This document shows, piece by piece, positions 39,558 through 50,010 of a stretch of DNA of 64,000 nucleotides. Each line of letters begins with the position of its first letter. The first letter of the stretch is position 1. Source of the DNA: Spirochaetia bacterium (GTDB lineage Bacteria; Spirochaetota; Spirochaetia; SZUA-6; Bin103); NCBI GenBank assembly GCA_965199955.1, contig CBDATQ010000002.1, positions 224,001-288,000 of the forward strand. The letters are read 5' to 3'. The position numbers were made by a program, and so were the translations under genes. The notes beneath the pieces were generated by a model. It was not told the origin of the DNA, did no database searches, and saw nothing but the letters and a program-made list of their open reading frames with translations.

Positions 39558-40649
39558 ATGAACCGTCAGGAGATCCGCTACTCGACGATCGCGAAGTCCG
39601 GGCCGGCGAACCCGCGCAACGATACCGCGAGCGTGATCGAGCTGCACGACGGCGAGCTGCTGGTGCTCTGGCACAAGTACGAGGCGTCCGCCGACGAGGG
39701 CGCCGACCTCGCCCCCTGCCGGATCCACGCCAAGACCTCCGCAGACCAGGGGCTCACCTGGGGCGGCGAGCGCATGATCGTCGACATCCCGCCGGGCGAC
39801 ATGAACGTGCACTCGCCGGCGGTCGCGCGGCTGCCGACGGGCGAGCTCCTCATGATCTGCCTGCGCGCCCACTCGGAGAGCAGCACGACCATGTGCACGT
39901 ACCGGTCCGAGGACGAAGGGCAGACCTTCACGCAGATCGGCACCGTGTGGGAACGCTCGCCGGGCCAGTGGCTGCAGGGCGGCGCGGTCGACATCGTCGT
40001 CCTCTCCTCCGGACGGCTGCTCGTGCCCTGCCACGGCGGTACGGGCGGCCAGTTCAGCCAGCACAACAGCGCGTGGTGCTGGATCAGCGAGGACGACGGC
40101 AGAAGCTGGGCGCGCTCGCGCGGCACGGTGGACCTGCCGCTGCGCGGCGCCATGGAGGCATCCCTGGCCGAGGTCGACAGCGGCCGGATCTACATGTCGC
40201 TCCGGACCCAGTTGGGGTCCGTATTCCTGTCCTACTCCGACGACGGCGGCGACACCTGGTCGCTGCCGCAGACCACCGGACTGAAGGCCCCGGAATCGGG
40301 CACCTGCCTGAGCCGGATCCCCGGCACCGACACACTCCTCCTCATCTGGAACGACAGCATCTATGAGCCTGCGCACCACCACTTCGGCCGCCGGCGCCCG
40401 CTGTCGATGGCCGTCTCCACCGACGAGTGCCGGAGCTGGCGACGCATCGGCGACATCGCCGGCGGCGAGTATGAGCTGACCAACATCGGCTGCACGTTCA
40501 CCAGCGCCGGCAACGCGGTGGTGACCTACCTGCAGGTCGAGGACCGGGACTGGAAACGCTTCATCAGAACCGGCATCGACCTCCAGGCCGCCATCGTTCC
40601 CGTGCCGATGATTCTGGACGGCGACCGTGTACAGCGAGATCGAGCTTAG
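39558..40649 (+). CDS. BNR/Asp-box sialidase-like protein
   Basis: Five Asp-boxes: SADQGLTW, SEDEGQTF, SEDDGRSW, SDDGGDTW, STDECRSW. Confidence 0.85.
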   Translation: MNRQEIRYSTIAKSGPANPRNDTASVIELHDGELLVLWHKYEASADEGADLAPCRIHAKTSADQGLTWGGERMIVDIPPGDMNVHSPAVARLPTGELLMICLRAHSESSTTMCTYRSEDEGQTFTQIGTVWERSPGQWLQGGAVDIVVLSSGRLLVPCHGGTGGQFSQHNSAWCWISEDDGRSWARSRGTVDLPLRGAMEASLAEVDSGRIYMSLRTQLGSVFLSYSDDGGDTWSLPQTTGLKAPESGTCLSRIPGTDTLLLIWNDSIYEPAHHHFGRRRPLSMAVSTDECRSWRRIGDIAGGEYELTNIGCTFTSAGNAVVTYLQVEDRDWKRFIRTGIDLQAAIVPVPMILDGDRVQRDRA

Positions 40650-40661
40650 ATCGATCGCCGC

Positions 40662-40946
40662 TCAAGCAACCCCTGAAGCGCCCGCCGTGTTCCGGTCGAA
40701 GTCTGACTCCGCGAGTGCCCGGATCGCGGGCAGGTGGTCGGGATAGTGTTTGAATGTATTTCCGGCGATCACCTACCACGGAACCCATTCGCCGGGCATG
40801 CGCTCGAAGTACGTGGCGTCGACGTACCCGTCCTCCGGGAGCAGTTCCAACTGCTCGATCAATGCCGCGAATGTCCGGTCATCCCACGCACGCACTTCTT
40901 GCAGCGTGAGGTCCTTGATCCTCGAAATCACCTCACGCTTGTTCAT
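40662..40946 (-). pseudogene. DinB / ClbS-DfsB-like four-helix protein remnant (deletion plus nonsense codon)
   Basis: MNKREVISRI joined to KDLTLQEVRA..LELLPE..WVPW*VIAGNTFKHYPDH; in-frame TAG at 40773-40775. Confidence 0.55.
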
Positions 40947-40981
40947 TTATCCGGGTGCTTCCGATCGGCATCTCATTCCCG

Positions 40982-41770
40982 TCACCAGCGAGGGATCCCG
41001 CCGAGCAGCAGCTTCTGCTCCGGCGTGCCGTTCTCGCGCAGAGCGGTCATCTTCGGCCCGTCGAACGTCTCGCGCGACTTCATCCAGGCGTTCTGGTAGC
41101 ACATCAGGCACACCCGCCGCTTCGCGTCGGAGTTGTTGGCCGCTCCCCGGTGGTAGAGCCACCCGCTGAACAGCACGGCCTGGCCTGGCTTGGCGAGCAC
41201 GTAGAGCTCGTCGGGGAACTCCACCGGACTGTCCTTCGGCGGCCTGAAGATCGCCCGGTGGCTGCCGGGGAGTATGACGATGGGGCCGTTGTCCATGGTC
41301 AGCTCGTCCAGGTAGTAGCCGCAGTTGACCTGCCCCGGAATCGACCCGAACGGCGTGCCGTCCGGATCCTGCGGCCACGGCCCGTCGCGGTGCCAGTTCT
41401 GCTCCGGTGTGCCGGGCGGCGTGACGCGCCCGGTGGCGCTGTGGAGTTGGATCGCGTTGCCGAGGATTGCCTTCATGCGGGTGAGCACCGGCGGATGGTC
41501 GAGCAGGAAGGCGAAACGGTCGTCCTCCTCCAGCAGCTCCCTGAAGAGGCTGCCGTACGGCCCCGGGTTGGGCTCCCCGTTCCATCCGAAGGTGTCGCGC
41601 GCGTCCGCGTCGTCCATGGCGTCGCGCAGGACCTCGATCTGCTCCGGGGTGATCGCGTCATCGACGACCAGGTACCCCCACTTCTGGAAGAAGTGCACCT
41701 CCTGCTCCAGCTCGGGCGTGAGCTCGGGGTTCAGCCGCTCCGGAACGATCGAGAGGTCAGGGCGCGCCAT
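40982..41770 (-). CDS. PhyH family dioxygenase
   Basis: FQKWGYLVV, WHRD, NGP..LPGSH, LYHRG; start could extend to 41794. Confidence 0.9.
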   Translation of the reverse strand: MARPDLSIVPERLNPELTPELEQEVHFFQKWGYLVVDDAITPEQIEVLRDAMDDADARDTFGWNGEPNPGPYGSLFRELLEEDDRFAFLLDHPPVLTRMKAILGNAIQLHSATGRVTPPGTPEQNWHRDGPWPQDPDGTPFGSIPGQVNCGYYLDELTMDNGPIVILPGSHRAIFRPPKDSPVEFPDELYVLAKPGQAVLFSGWLYHRGAANNSDAKRRVCLMCYQNAWMKSRETFDGPKMTALRENGTPEQKLLLGGIPRW

Positions 41771-41869
41771 GGCATGCTTCGTCCAAGGTCCCATGATTAG
41801 GTCGAATGCCGATCGCGGTGGTCAACGTGTGGAAGCGGGGCGAGCAGCGCGCTCCCCACTAGCACTAGC

Positions 41870-43831
41870 CCGAAGTTCCAGGAGCGAAATGCTCTGAAGT
41901 CTTTGTGATCATGATAGTTACCTTGATTCCTCAGGGTCGCGTGCGTGGCTACACGCGGGATTTGATCCCAAGCAGCTCGAAACAGCGCTGCTGAACCGGC
42001 GTCGGGTGCGTGTGCAGCGTGAATGTGCTTTCGCCGTCGGCGATTCGCATCGTGTTCGCCGTCAGGGTGCCCAGTTCGTCGATCAACGTCCGAAAGCTGT
42101 GCACCGGCAGCCCGTCCTCGGTGCGCTTGCTCGACGCCTTGGCCGCCGCGGCCGCCGATCGCTGCGCCGGCGCCACTTCGGAGACCCGCTTGCGCTCGGC
42201 GCCCTGTCGATCGTGATCGTCGAACAGCAACGGCGCCAGCGAGCGCCGCATGTGCCACTCCACGTAGTAGGCCAGCATGCACAGCAGCACGTGCGCCCGC
42301 ACCCGATCGGCGCGCCGGTGGTGAATCGGGCGCACCTTCAGGTCCACGGACTTCATGCACCGAAACGCCCGCTCCACCTTCGACAGCCCCTTGTAGGCGC
42401 GCACCGTCTGCGCCGCGTCGAGCACCTGCGGCTCCACGTTGCTGCGCACGATGTACAGCCCGTCCAGCGCCTGCTCGGCGGCGATCTTGTGCTCATCGCG
42501 CCGAAAGCTGAACGACTCGGAGGTGATCTCGGTCACGAAGTGCTTGCCCACCTTGTAGTGATTGATCACCTTGCCGACCCGCATGCCGATCTCGGCCTCG
42601 CCCCGTAGCGGCTGATGGACGCGCTGGGTGGCCTGAGCGATCGGGGCCAGCTTCTGCTCGGTGGCCTGTAGCAGCTCCTGGCGCTTGCGCTTCCGTTCGT
42701 CGGCCAGCAACGGGTTGCGGCACACGATCAGCCGCTCGCCCGGAAACTCCTCGCTGGTGATCTCGGCCAGGTCGCGCTCGTCGAACAACGACGGCGCCAC
42801 CTCACCGGCGGCCACCAGCTTGCGGATCGTCGGCGCGCGCAGCGTGGTGATCCAGCGCAGCCCCTCCACCTCTTGCAGGTCCTCGCGGATCCTCGCCGCG
42901 CTCAGCATCCCGCGGTCGCCGACCAGCACCACCCGCGTGAGTCCGAAGCGGGTGCGGATCTTGTCCACCTGCGCGCTCACCGTCTTCGGGTCGGCGGTAG
43001 AGCCAGGCAAGACTTCCACCGCCACCGGACAGCCTTCCTGGGTGCACAGCAGCCCGAACACGATCTGCAGCGTGCCCGACTTGCCGTCACGGCTGTGTCC
43101 CAACTGCGCCAGCTCGCAGTGGCTGCCCTCGAAGTAGGTCGAGCTCACGTCGTAGAGCACCAGCGTGTGCTCGCTGAGGTGCTGTTCAGCCAGGCGGTCC
43201 TCGATCGCCGCCTGGCGCCCGACCAACCAGTCCATCGCCTCGTAGAGCTCGTTCTCATCGACCTCGCCCAGCCGCAACGCCTCGCCGAGGGTTGACGCCG
43301 CGCTCGGCGGTGATAGCGCGCGGGCGGTGGCCAGCTTGGACTGCGCGTCGATGACGCGGGCGGTGATCATGGCGATGACCAGCTCGCGCGAGCGGCTGGC
43401 CTTGCGGGCGATGAGGGTATGGAGTCCGAGCTGCTTGAGGATGCCCAGCACGGCGGCGACATGGCCGTGGGGGAGGCTGCGCAGGCAGTCGAACGCGTCT
43501 TTGGGGTTGACCAGCGGTTCGCCCTTGAGGGCTCTGCGGATCAGATCGATGACGTGATCGGGGAGATGGGAGATGTTGCCGAGGGTTTCGTGCTTGATCT
43601 TTCCGTCCTGGCGGAAGGTACGGCGCAGCAGGTGGGTGTGGTAGGTCCGGTTGCCATGGCGGCGCGTAGTGGTGGCTACATGCACGGGTCCCTGTCTGCT
43701 GGGCATAGTTGCCAGGATAGCAGAAAGAGGAACGAGCGTCAACTACACTCGTGGCTACACATTGCACCTCCAAAATGCGGTAACTGCCATTGCTTCAAAT
43801 AGTTACGTCAATTTCGGCTCTGGAACTTCGG
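41870..43831 (-). mobile_element. IS1634-family insertion sequence, copy 1 (1962 bp)
   Basis: Imperfect terminal IRs CCGAAGTTCCAGGAGCGAAAT / CCGAAGTTCCAGAGCCGAAAT; flanks ACTAGC and GTTAAC do not match. Confidence 0.92.
41949..43706 (-). CDS. IS1634-family DDE transposase
   Basis: LYDVSSTYFEG, GHSRD, VGDRGM, YKGLSKVERAFR..K..VRPIHH; protein identical to copy 2 in the ORF track. Confidence 0.95.
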   Translation of the reverse strand: MPSRQGPVHVATTTRRHGNRTYHTHLLRRTFRQDGKIKHETLGNISHLPDHVIDLIRRALKGEPLVNPKDAFDCLRSLPHGHVAAVLGILKQLGLHTLIARKASRSRELVIAMITARVIDAQSKLATARALSPPSAASTLGEALRLGEVDENELYEAMDWLVGRQAAIEDRLAEQHLSEHTLVLYDVSSTYFEGSHCELAQLGHSRDGKSGTLQIVFGLLCTQEGCPVAVEVLPGSTADPKTVSAQVDKIRTRFGLTRVVLVGDRGMLSAARIREDLQEVEGLRWITTLRAPTIRKLVAAGEVAPSLFDERDLAEITSEEFPGERLIVCRNPLLADERKRKRQELLQATEQKLAPIAQATQRVHQPLRGEAEIGMRVGKVINHYKVGKHFVTEITSESFSFRRDEHKIAAEQALDGLYIVRSNVEPQVLDAAQTVRAYKGLSKVERAFRCMKSVDLKVRPIHHRRADRVRAHVLLCMLAYYVEWHMRRSLAPLLFDDHDRQGAERKRVSEVAPAQRSAAAAAKASSKRTEDGLPVHSFRTLIDELGTLTANTMRIADGESTFTLHTHPTPVQQRCFELLGIKSRV

Positions 43832-44083
43832 GTTAACGGCGGCCGAGGCTCGATCCGGGGCGGTCACCCACAAGTGCGTGGCGGCCGTCGGCCGGATCGG
43901 CGTCCACTCGCTCCGGGTTCGCCCCAGCGATTCGACGCGGCCGGGATCGGTTTGGTGAAGCTGCTACGGGTGCGGGGTGGGTGAGTAGCCTCAAAGTGCG
44001 CGGCGTGCGGTCGCCGACTGCTCCCTCGGTCCATAGGTCAGACGGGAGCGGCCACCCCCGGCCCGGTCGCGCAGTCAGCAAAG

Positions 44084-44420
44084 TCAGTCGGCGGGGGCTT
44101 CGGGCATGTTCCGCTCGTCTGCGAGCGTTTCTAACTCATCAAATACGGGGTTCGCGATACCACGATCTTTCACAGCCTGCAGTAGTCGATCCTTCACACC
44201 GTCCGCCAGTTTCGCAGCGTTCGGTAACAGTGTCGCGGCGCTTGTCTGGAACTCGATCAGCCGAAGCAGTAGATCGGCCATCTGTGCCGGGGTCGCGTCG
44301 GTGGAGGCGACGTTCGCTTCGGCTCGCAGTTCATCTGCGCTGTCGATCAAACCTCGCAGGTAGCCGCCGACGGCATCCATTCCGAACTCAGCGGCGAGCG
44401 CAACCAAGCCGCGCCTTTGG
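44084..44420 (-). pseudogene. Fragment of an unknown helical protein in a patch of degraded DNA
   Basis: 107-aa ORF without a convincing start or RBS; atypical codon usage. Confidence 0.3.
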
Positions 44421-44957
44421 AACAGCGAACCGTTCTACCAGCCCGGCTACGGCGACGGCTGTCTCCTCATCCAAGAGGACCGACACCCGTCGTTGCGCAG
44501 TAGCCTCCTTCCAGGCTGTTGACCTCCTTGTCGGGTCGCGGTGTGCTCATGAGCCACCACGGTACCGCGTGGCTCGCTTCAGTCAAGGCGCGGAACGCTG
44601 CGCCCGAGCGTCCTGGATACATTCCCACAGGTCGCGCGATCGGGGCTGCCCCTCCGCGAGTTGCTCTCCGTCGTCGCCTTGGCCACGACGCACCGCAGGC
44701 CGGGGGCTCGTCGTTGCGAGCCGCGGCCAGTTGAGCCGCGCGTACGACATCACGTAGTCCTGCGGAAGCCGTTCCCGAACAACCAGAGGAGGCCAAGCAT
44801 GTTGCGCACCTTCCACAGGGCGGTCGAGCTGATCGCGGTCGTGGTGAGAGGGATTTAGGTTGATTGCCTCGACGTCGCTGAGGGCGCGGCGGGGAGGACA
44901 CCCTGCCGCGCTACTTGTCGGGGCCGAGGTATCCGCCGGTCTGGGCGCTGTGATGCG

Positions 44958-46250
44958 TCATTGGTCCTTGCAGATGGCCCGGTCGATCGCGGCTCGCAGG
45001 ATCGCCTCCGAGGCGCCGGACACGAATGCGTCGGTCGGCTCGTAGCCGCCCTCGGCGAACGACCGCTCCAGGGTGATGTATCCCGGTCCGAGGTCGCCGT
45101 AGCCGACCACCGCCAGGAACACGTCGGGCCGCGCGGCCTGGGCGTGGAGCTGGTACTCGATGAAGGTCTCGCCCGGCAGGTGCAGGATAGCCGCTTCGGC
45201 GCCGAAGTGGAGGCAGGTGACCGGGATCGGGCGCTTGTGGCGGCGCAGGTAGGTGAGCATCAGGGCGGCCCTGCTGAGCTCCTTGCTCTCGACCGCGCCT
45301 GGCGTGCGTATACGCTCCAGTAGCGCCTCCTCGTCCAGGTCGGGCCGCGGCGGGAGCAGCACCGGCTCCACGACCCAGCGCAGCCCCGCGAGCGGTTGGC
45401 GCTCCGCCGCCTGCTCGGCGGCGATCATGGCGTCGTGGATGCGGCCGGCGAACAGCTCGCGGTTGTAGGCGATGCCGTCGTTGTACTTGCCGGCGGCCAC
45501 GTTGCCGGCGCAGCCGGTGAAGTAGAGGTGCGGCACCCCGGACGCGGCGGTGCGCCGGTCGCGCGCCAGGCCCACGAACTCCGGGTTCACCACGCCGGTG
45601 CCGTCCAGGCTGGTGGGGTGCGTGGCATAGTAGTGGGCGACAGCCAGCGGCTCGTCCTCGTTCCAGAAGCCGATGGTCTTGAGCATCGGGTCGATCGCCC
45701 CTTCCGGCGCGGCCCGTACCATCGGGTCGCTGGTCTTGGTCCAGCGCATCGCCCAGAGCTTGCCGTCCTTCCCGATCAGGCGCCGGTTGGAGGCGATGCG
45801 GTCCACCCGCGCCTCGCCGGTGGTGAAGTGGGTGCAAGGCCGCGGATTGGCCATCGCCGCTGCGGCTGTCTCCGCGGACGCTGCGCGCGCCCGCTCCGCC
45901 CAGTCGCCGGCCATGATCACGTCCGGCCGGCCGTGGGCGTCCAGGATGTCCTGCGCGTCGCGGTCCGGCCACGGCGTGTCGTGCGCGTGGGTGCAGTGCA
46001 CGGCCACGCGGTCGTGGTGGGTGCCCACCGCCCGCGCCAGGTCCGCGCGCCAGCGGTCGTAGTCCCCGTTGCTGAGCTCGGCCCAGTCGAGCGCGCAGAG
46101 CACGACCGGCGGCTCGCCGTCCGGGACGAGGATCAGGCCCAGGGCCTGCAACCGACCGCCGATCTTCGCGGCCGGTGGATACCAGCCCGCGCACAGCGGA
46201 TGGCCGACCGGCGGCGTGACGTCGGACGCGAACGTGCACAGCCGGATCAT
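44958..46250 (-). CDS. Hypothetical protein, neutral/alkaline ceramidase-like family
   Basis: DVTPPVGHP, HCTHAHD, YATHP, FTGCAGNV..GKY, HLPGE, GGYE. Confidence 0.7.
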   Translation of the reverse strand: MIRLCTFASDVTPPVGHPLCAGWYPPAAKIGGRLQALGLILVPDGEPPVVLCALDWAELSNGDYDRWRADLARAVGTHHDRVAVHCTHAHDTPWPDRDAQDILDAHGRPDVIMAGDWAERARAASAETAAAAMANPRPCTHFTTGEARVDRIASNRRLIGKDGKLWAMRWTKTSDPMVRAAPEGAIDPMLKTIGFWNEDEPLAVAHYYATHPTSLDGTGVVNPEFVGLARDRRTAASGVPHLYFTGCAGNVAAGKYNDGIAYNRELFAGRIHDAMIAAEQAAERQPLAGLRWVVEPVLLPPRPDLDEEALLERIRTPGAVESKELSRAALMLTYLRRHKRPIPVTCLHFGAEAAILHLPGETFIEYQLHAQAARPDVFLAVVGYGDLGPGYITLERSFAEGGYEPTDAFVSGASEAILRAAIDRAICKDQ

Positions 46251-47443
46251 CCGCATACCTCCTGCAGCACGCGCAGGTAGTTGCCGCCGATCATGGCGGC
46301 GATCTCGTCGTCGGTGTAGCCGCGAGTGGCTAGCGCCACCGTGAAGTACGGCGCGGCGACCCAGGCGAAGCTGCCGTCGAGCTGGCTCTCCATCGGCTCG
46401 GGGGCGTCCGCGAACAGGTGCGGCCGGATGTCGCCCGGGATCGAGCCTCGGTAGGAGACGTCGGAGCCGCGCCCGCCGACGTGCTCGATGCCCGCCACCT
46501 CGGCGACGTGCTCGACGTGGCGGAGCCAGTCGCCGAACCCGCCGAGCGGCTCGCCCAGGAAGCGGCGGCCGGGGCCGCCAAGGATCGACACGACGCCGCC
46601 GGTGCCGGCGATGGCGCGGATGGTCTCGTCGTCCACGTTCCGCAGATGGTCCCGGACCGCCGTGCAGCCGGTGTGGCTGTCGATCACGGGGGCGGTGGAG
46701 GCGGCGGCCGCGTCCAGGTGGGCGCGGCGGCTGCAGTGGGCCAGGTCGACGACGATGCCCAGCCGGTTGAGGCGCCGCACGTAGTCGACGCCGGCGTCGG
46801 TGAGGCCGTGGTCGCGGCGGTCGTAGCACTGAGTTCCGAGCCGGTTGGTGTAGTAGAGGATCTGCGCCTGCCGGAAGCCGAGCCGGTGGTAGATCTCCAG
46901 GTTGCCCAGGTCATGCTCGATCCATGGCGGAGGCCCGCCGGTGCTCCACATGATGCAGTGCTTGCCGGCGCGCTTGGCTTCCGCCACGTCGCCGGCGCAC
47001 CGGAACTTGACCAGGTGGTCGCGCAGCGCATCGAGCACGGCGGTGGTGCGCGCTACCGAGCGCAGCGTGATCATCGCGTCGTTGACCAGCCCGGAATAGC
47101 CCTCGGTCCGCCAGGAACAGAACATGTGGCCGTAGTCGTTGGCCAGGGTCACGCCCGAGCGGCGCCACGCCTCCAGGTACTCGGAGCGCACGCCGCCGTC
47201 GTGCACGACGGCGCGGTCGGCCACCTCCTGGAGTTGCAACTCCATGTCCTGTGGGGCCGTGCCTTGGCGGATCAGCTCGCGGGCGAGCCCGCTCATCGCG
47301 TGCGTCCACGGCCGGGCGCCCCCGGACACGGGATCGCAGACGATGGCGTCGCGGTGGATACGCAGGCCGCGCTCGATGTCGGCGTCGCAGGCGTTCAGCT
47401 CGTCGAGCGCGGCTTCCCAGGCGCGGTCGATCGCTTCGCTCAT
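46247..47443 (-). CDS. Membrane dipeptidase (peptidase M19) family amidohydrolase
   Basis: GLTDAG..VRRLNRLGIVVDLAH, SHTG, RNVDDE.IRAIA.TGGVV, GGNYLRV. Confidence 0.85.
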   Translation of the reverse strand: MSEAIDRAWEAALDELNACDADIERGLRIHRDAIVCDPVSGGARPWTHAMSGLARELIRQGTAPQDMELQLQEVADRAVVHDGGVRSEYLEAWRRSGVTLANDYGHMFCSWRTEGYSGLVNDAMITLRSVARTTAVLDALRDHLVKFRCAGDVAEAKRAGKHCIMWSTGGPPPWIEHDLGNLEIYHRLGFRQAQILYYTNRLGTQCYDRRDHGLTDAGVDYVRRLNRLGIVVDLAHCSRRAHLDAAAASTAPVIDSHTGCTAVRDHLRNVDDETIRAIAGTGGVVSILGGPGRRFLGEPLGGFGDWLRHVEHVAEVAGIEHVGGRGSDVSYRGSIPGDIRPHLFADAPEPMESQLDGSFAWVAAPYFTVALATRGYTDDEIAAMIGGNYLRVLQEVCG

Positions 47444-47571
47444 CGCAGACACTCTGCACGCGCGCGGTGTGGCTTGAACAGGCAGCGGTGGTCCTCGCTC
47501 GTTCAGTCCGCCACCGGGTCGACGTAGTAGGGTGGTCCGATGAAGACCCGCGGCTCGGGGCGGACGGGGCC

Positions 47572-48723
47572 ATGCCGGGTCGCCTGATCGGCTTCCACGC
47601 CGGCGGACGCCTGGGCGTCGTGGCCGAGGACGGCAGCGGCGAGCGGTACCTCGACCTGGACGTGCCCGGCCAGCAGCGCTGGCAGTTCGGGCCGCCGCTG
47701 CCGGACGGGCGGATCATCCTGCACAGCTTCGAGGACACTACGATGGGGCGGATGGTGATGGGCGACGTGCAGGTCAACCTCTGGTTCTACGATCTGCAGA
47801 GCGGCAGGCTCGAGTCCCTGGAAGTCGCCGACCGCCCGAGCCGCTTCCTTACCTGCGGCGCGGCCTTCGCCGACGGGCGCAGGCTGCTGGCCAGCGCCAT
47901 GGTCGACGGCGAGCAGCAGCTCTATGTCATGGACGTCGACGGCAGCGCATGCCGCGCGCTCACGCACCCGGGCCAGGGCTTCCACTACGGGGCCGAGATC
48001 AGTCCCGACCAGGCGCGCGTCGCCTGTCACGTCACCGGCGACAAGTCGAGCAGGTACCCCAAGGTTTACCCGTACAGCATCGAGGTGATCGAGGTCGCCA
48101 GCGGCGACCGGACCATGGTGGCGGCGCGGACCGGACACCTGTACTTCGCACCGGTGTGGTCGGCCGCGGGTGACCGGCTGGCGTACCTGGACTGCCGCTC
48201 CGCCACCGATCCCGCCCACTTCGCCGCCGACCTGTGCATCGGCCATCCCGACGCCACCGCCCACCGGGTGGTGACCGCCGGCCAGTCGCACTGGTTCGGG
48301 ACCTCCTACGGCGCCGACGGCTACCGCGGCGGCGGCTCCAACATGACCACCTGGATCCCGGGGCGGGAACGCATCACCTGGACCCGGCTGCTGCCGGACT
48401 CGCACGCGGACGCCCGCTTCGACGCCTCCCTCCCCGATCACGAGGAGCTGGTGTATGCACCCGAGCTGGCGCACGGCGGCACACACCTCTGCGCCCTGGA
48501 CCCCGACTCCGGGGATATGGAGGAGGTCACCAGCGCGGAGGAGGGCAGGTGGGACTACCACGCCTCCTGGTCGGCGGCCGGTGACGCGGTGGTCTTCTCA
48601 CGGGCGCGGGTCACCGAGCCGCCCGAGCTGTGGATCGCCTCTGCCGACAGTTCGGGCACGCGGCGGCTGAGCGCCGGGCACGACCGCTGGGGAGCCGGCT
48701 TCGGGCGCTGGCTCACCATCTGA
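47572..48723 (+). CDS. TolB/PD40-like beta-propeller protein
   Basis: LYVMDVDGS..LT, ISPD, PVWS..GD.LAY, SWS..GD.VVFS, LWIASADSSG.RRL. Confidence 0.75.
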   Translation: MPGRLIGFHAGGRLGVVAEDGSGERYLDLDVPGQQRWQFGPPLPDGRIILHSFEDTTMGRMVMGDVQVNLWFYDLQSGRLESLEVADRPSRFLTCGAAFADGRRLLASAMVDGEQQLYVMDVDGSACRALTHPGQGFHYGAEISPDQARVACHVTGDKSSRYPKVYPYSIEVIEVASGDRTMVAARTGHLYFAPVWSAAGDRLAYLDCRSATDPAHFAADLCIGHPDATAHRVVTAGQSHWFGTSYGADGYRGGGSNMTTWIPGRERITWTRLLPDSHADARFDASLPDHEELVYAPELAHGGTHLCALDPDSGDMEEVTSAEEGRWDYHASWSAAGDAVVFSRARVTEPPELWIASADSSGTRRLSAGHDRWGAGFGRWLTI

Positions 48724-48738
48724 GGCACCCTCGCCGCG

Positions 48739-49875
48739 CTATTGCAGGAACCGGGCGCGGCGCCGCCGCGGCGCCACGTAGAGGTGGTCGTCCTCCTCGG
48801 CGAGCGCGCTCACGTTGCCGGTCGACGGGTAGCTGCCGATGGCGTCCTCGACGATGTCCACGCCGAGGCCCGGCGCCTCGCTCAGGACGATGCTGCCGTC
48901 GACGATGTTCGGCTGCGGCTCCATCACCTCGTAGCGGGCGGGCACGTCGTCGGCCAGGTGCTCGAGCAGGAGGAAGTTCGGGACCGTCGCCAGCACGTGT
49001 GCGGCGCCCATCTCCGCGACCGGCCCGAGCGAGCCGTCGTGCGGGGCGATGACGGCGTAGTGCGCCTCCGCCAGCGCCGCGATCTTCTTGAGCTGGAGCA
49101 GGCCGCCGGCGCGCCCGGTGTCCGGCTGGATGACGTCGGCGATTTCCTCTTCCAGGACCTGCCGGACGCCCCAGAGGTAGGAGTGGCGCTCGCCGACCGC
49201 GATCGGGATGTTGACCGACTCCGCCACGCGGCGGATGCCCTCGATGTTCTCCGGGGCGACCGGGTCCTCGTAGAACAGCAGGTCGTACTCTTCGAGCCGC
49301 TGGCCCAGGGCGATGGCGTCGCGGGTGGTGAGCCACGGCGGCCCGTGCACGTCCACCATGAGGTCGACGTCCGGCCCCAGGGCATCGCGCAGGCGGGCGA
49401 CCTTCCTGGGCAGGCCGTCGAAGCCGCCGGTCTTGAGCGCGCCGTAGCCCATCGCGACCAGCTCCTCGTTCCGTTCCGGCGTTCCCGCGTGGGCGTAGAG
49501 CGCCACCTCGTCGCGGATCCTGCCGCCGAACAGCTCGAAGACCGGGACGCCCAGCGCCTTGCCCTTCAGGTCCCAGAGCGCCATCTCGATGCCGGTCATG
49601 GCGCCTGAGCCGACGACGCCGGTCATGCCGTGGCCCATCATCGCGGTCATGATCTTCTGGCAGATGCGCTCGATCCGGAACGGATCGTCGCCGACGAGGA
49701 TGGCGCTCAGGTCGCGGATCGCGGTCTCGACGACACGCGGCCAGCCGCTGGCCTCGCCTATGCCGTAGAGCCCTTCGTCGGTGAGCACCTTCACGAACAG
49801 CCAGTTGCGACGTGACCAGGAATCCTTGCCCGTGGCGGCGCTCATCAGGTAGGTCTCGATCTCCGTGATCTTCAT
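48739..49875 (-). CDS. Mandelate racemase / galactonate dehydratase-like enolase-superfamily enzyme
   Basis: MKITEIET, TDEGLYGIGE, ALWDLKGK, MVDVH, YEDP, GER, IQPD, PGLG. Confidence 0.92.
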   Translation of the reverse strand: MKITEIETYLMSAATGKDSWSRRNWLFVKVLTDEGLYGIGEASGWPRVVETAIRDLSAILVGDDPFRIERICQKIMTAMMGHGMTGVVGSGAMTGIEMALWDLKGKALGVPVFELFGGRIRDEVALYAHAGTPERNEELVAMGYGALKTGGFDGLPRKVARLRDALGPDVDLMVDVHGPPWLTTRDAIALGQRLEEYDLLFYEDPVAPENIEGIRRVAESVNIPIAVGERHSYLWGVRQVLEEEIADVIQPDTGRAGGLLQLKKIAALAEAHYAVIAPHDGSLGPVAEMGAAHVLATVPNFLLLEHLADDVPARYEVMEPQPNIVDGSIVLSEAPGLGVDIVEDAIGSYPSTGNVSALAEEDDHLYVAPRRRRARFLQ

Positions 49876-50010
49876 CTCGTCCCTCGCTTCATGGGTTGCG
49901 GCAACGCTACAACGGTAGTGCCCGTTCTGCTCTGACCCGTTACGATCGCGGGTGCGGCCGTCGGCGGCGTGTCGCGCACGGGCCGCCGACGGCGCCTGGA
50001 GGGAGACCGC

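Noticed and set aside
17266..40775. Amber (TAG) recoding in the parE and DinB-like genes
   Set aside because: Both genes carry other lesions, TAG terminates intact genes here (SBP, transposases), and CAG>TAG is a simple transition.
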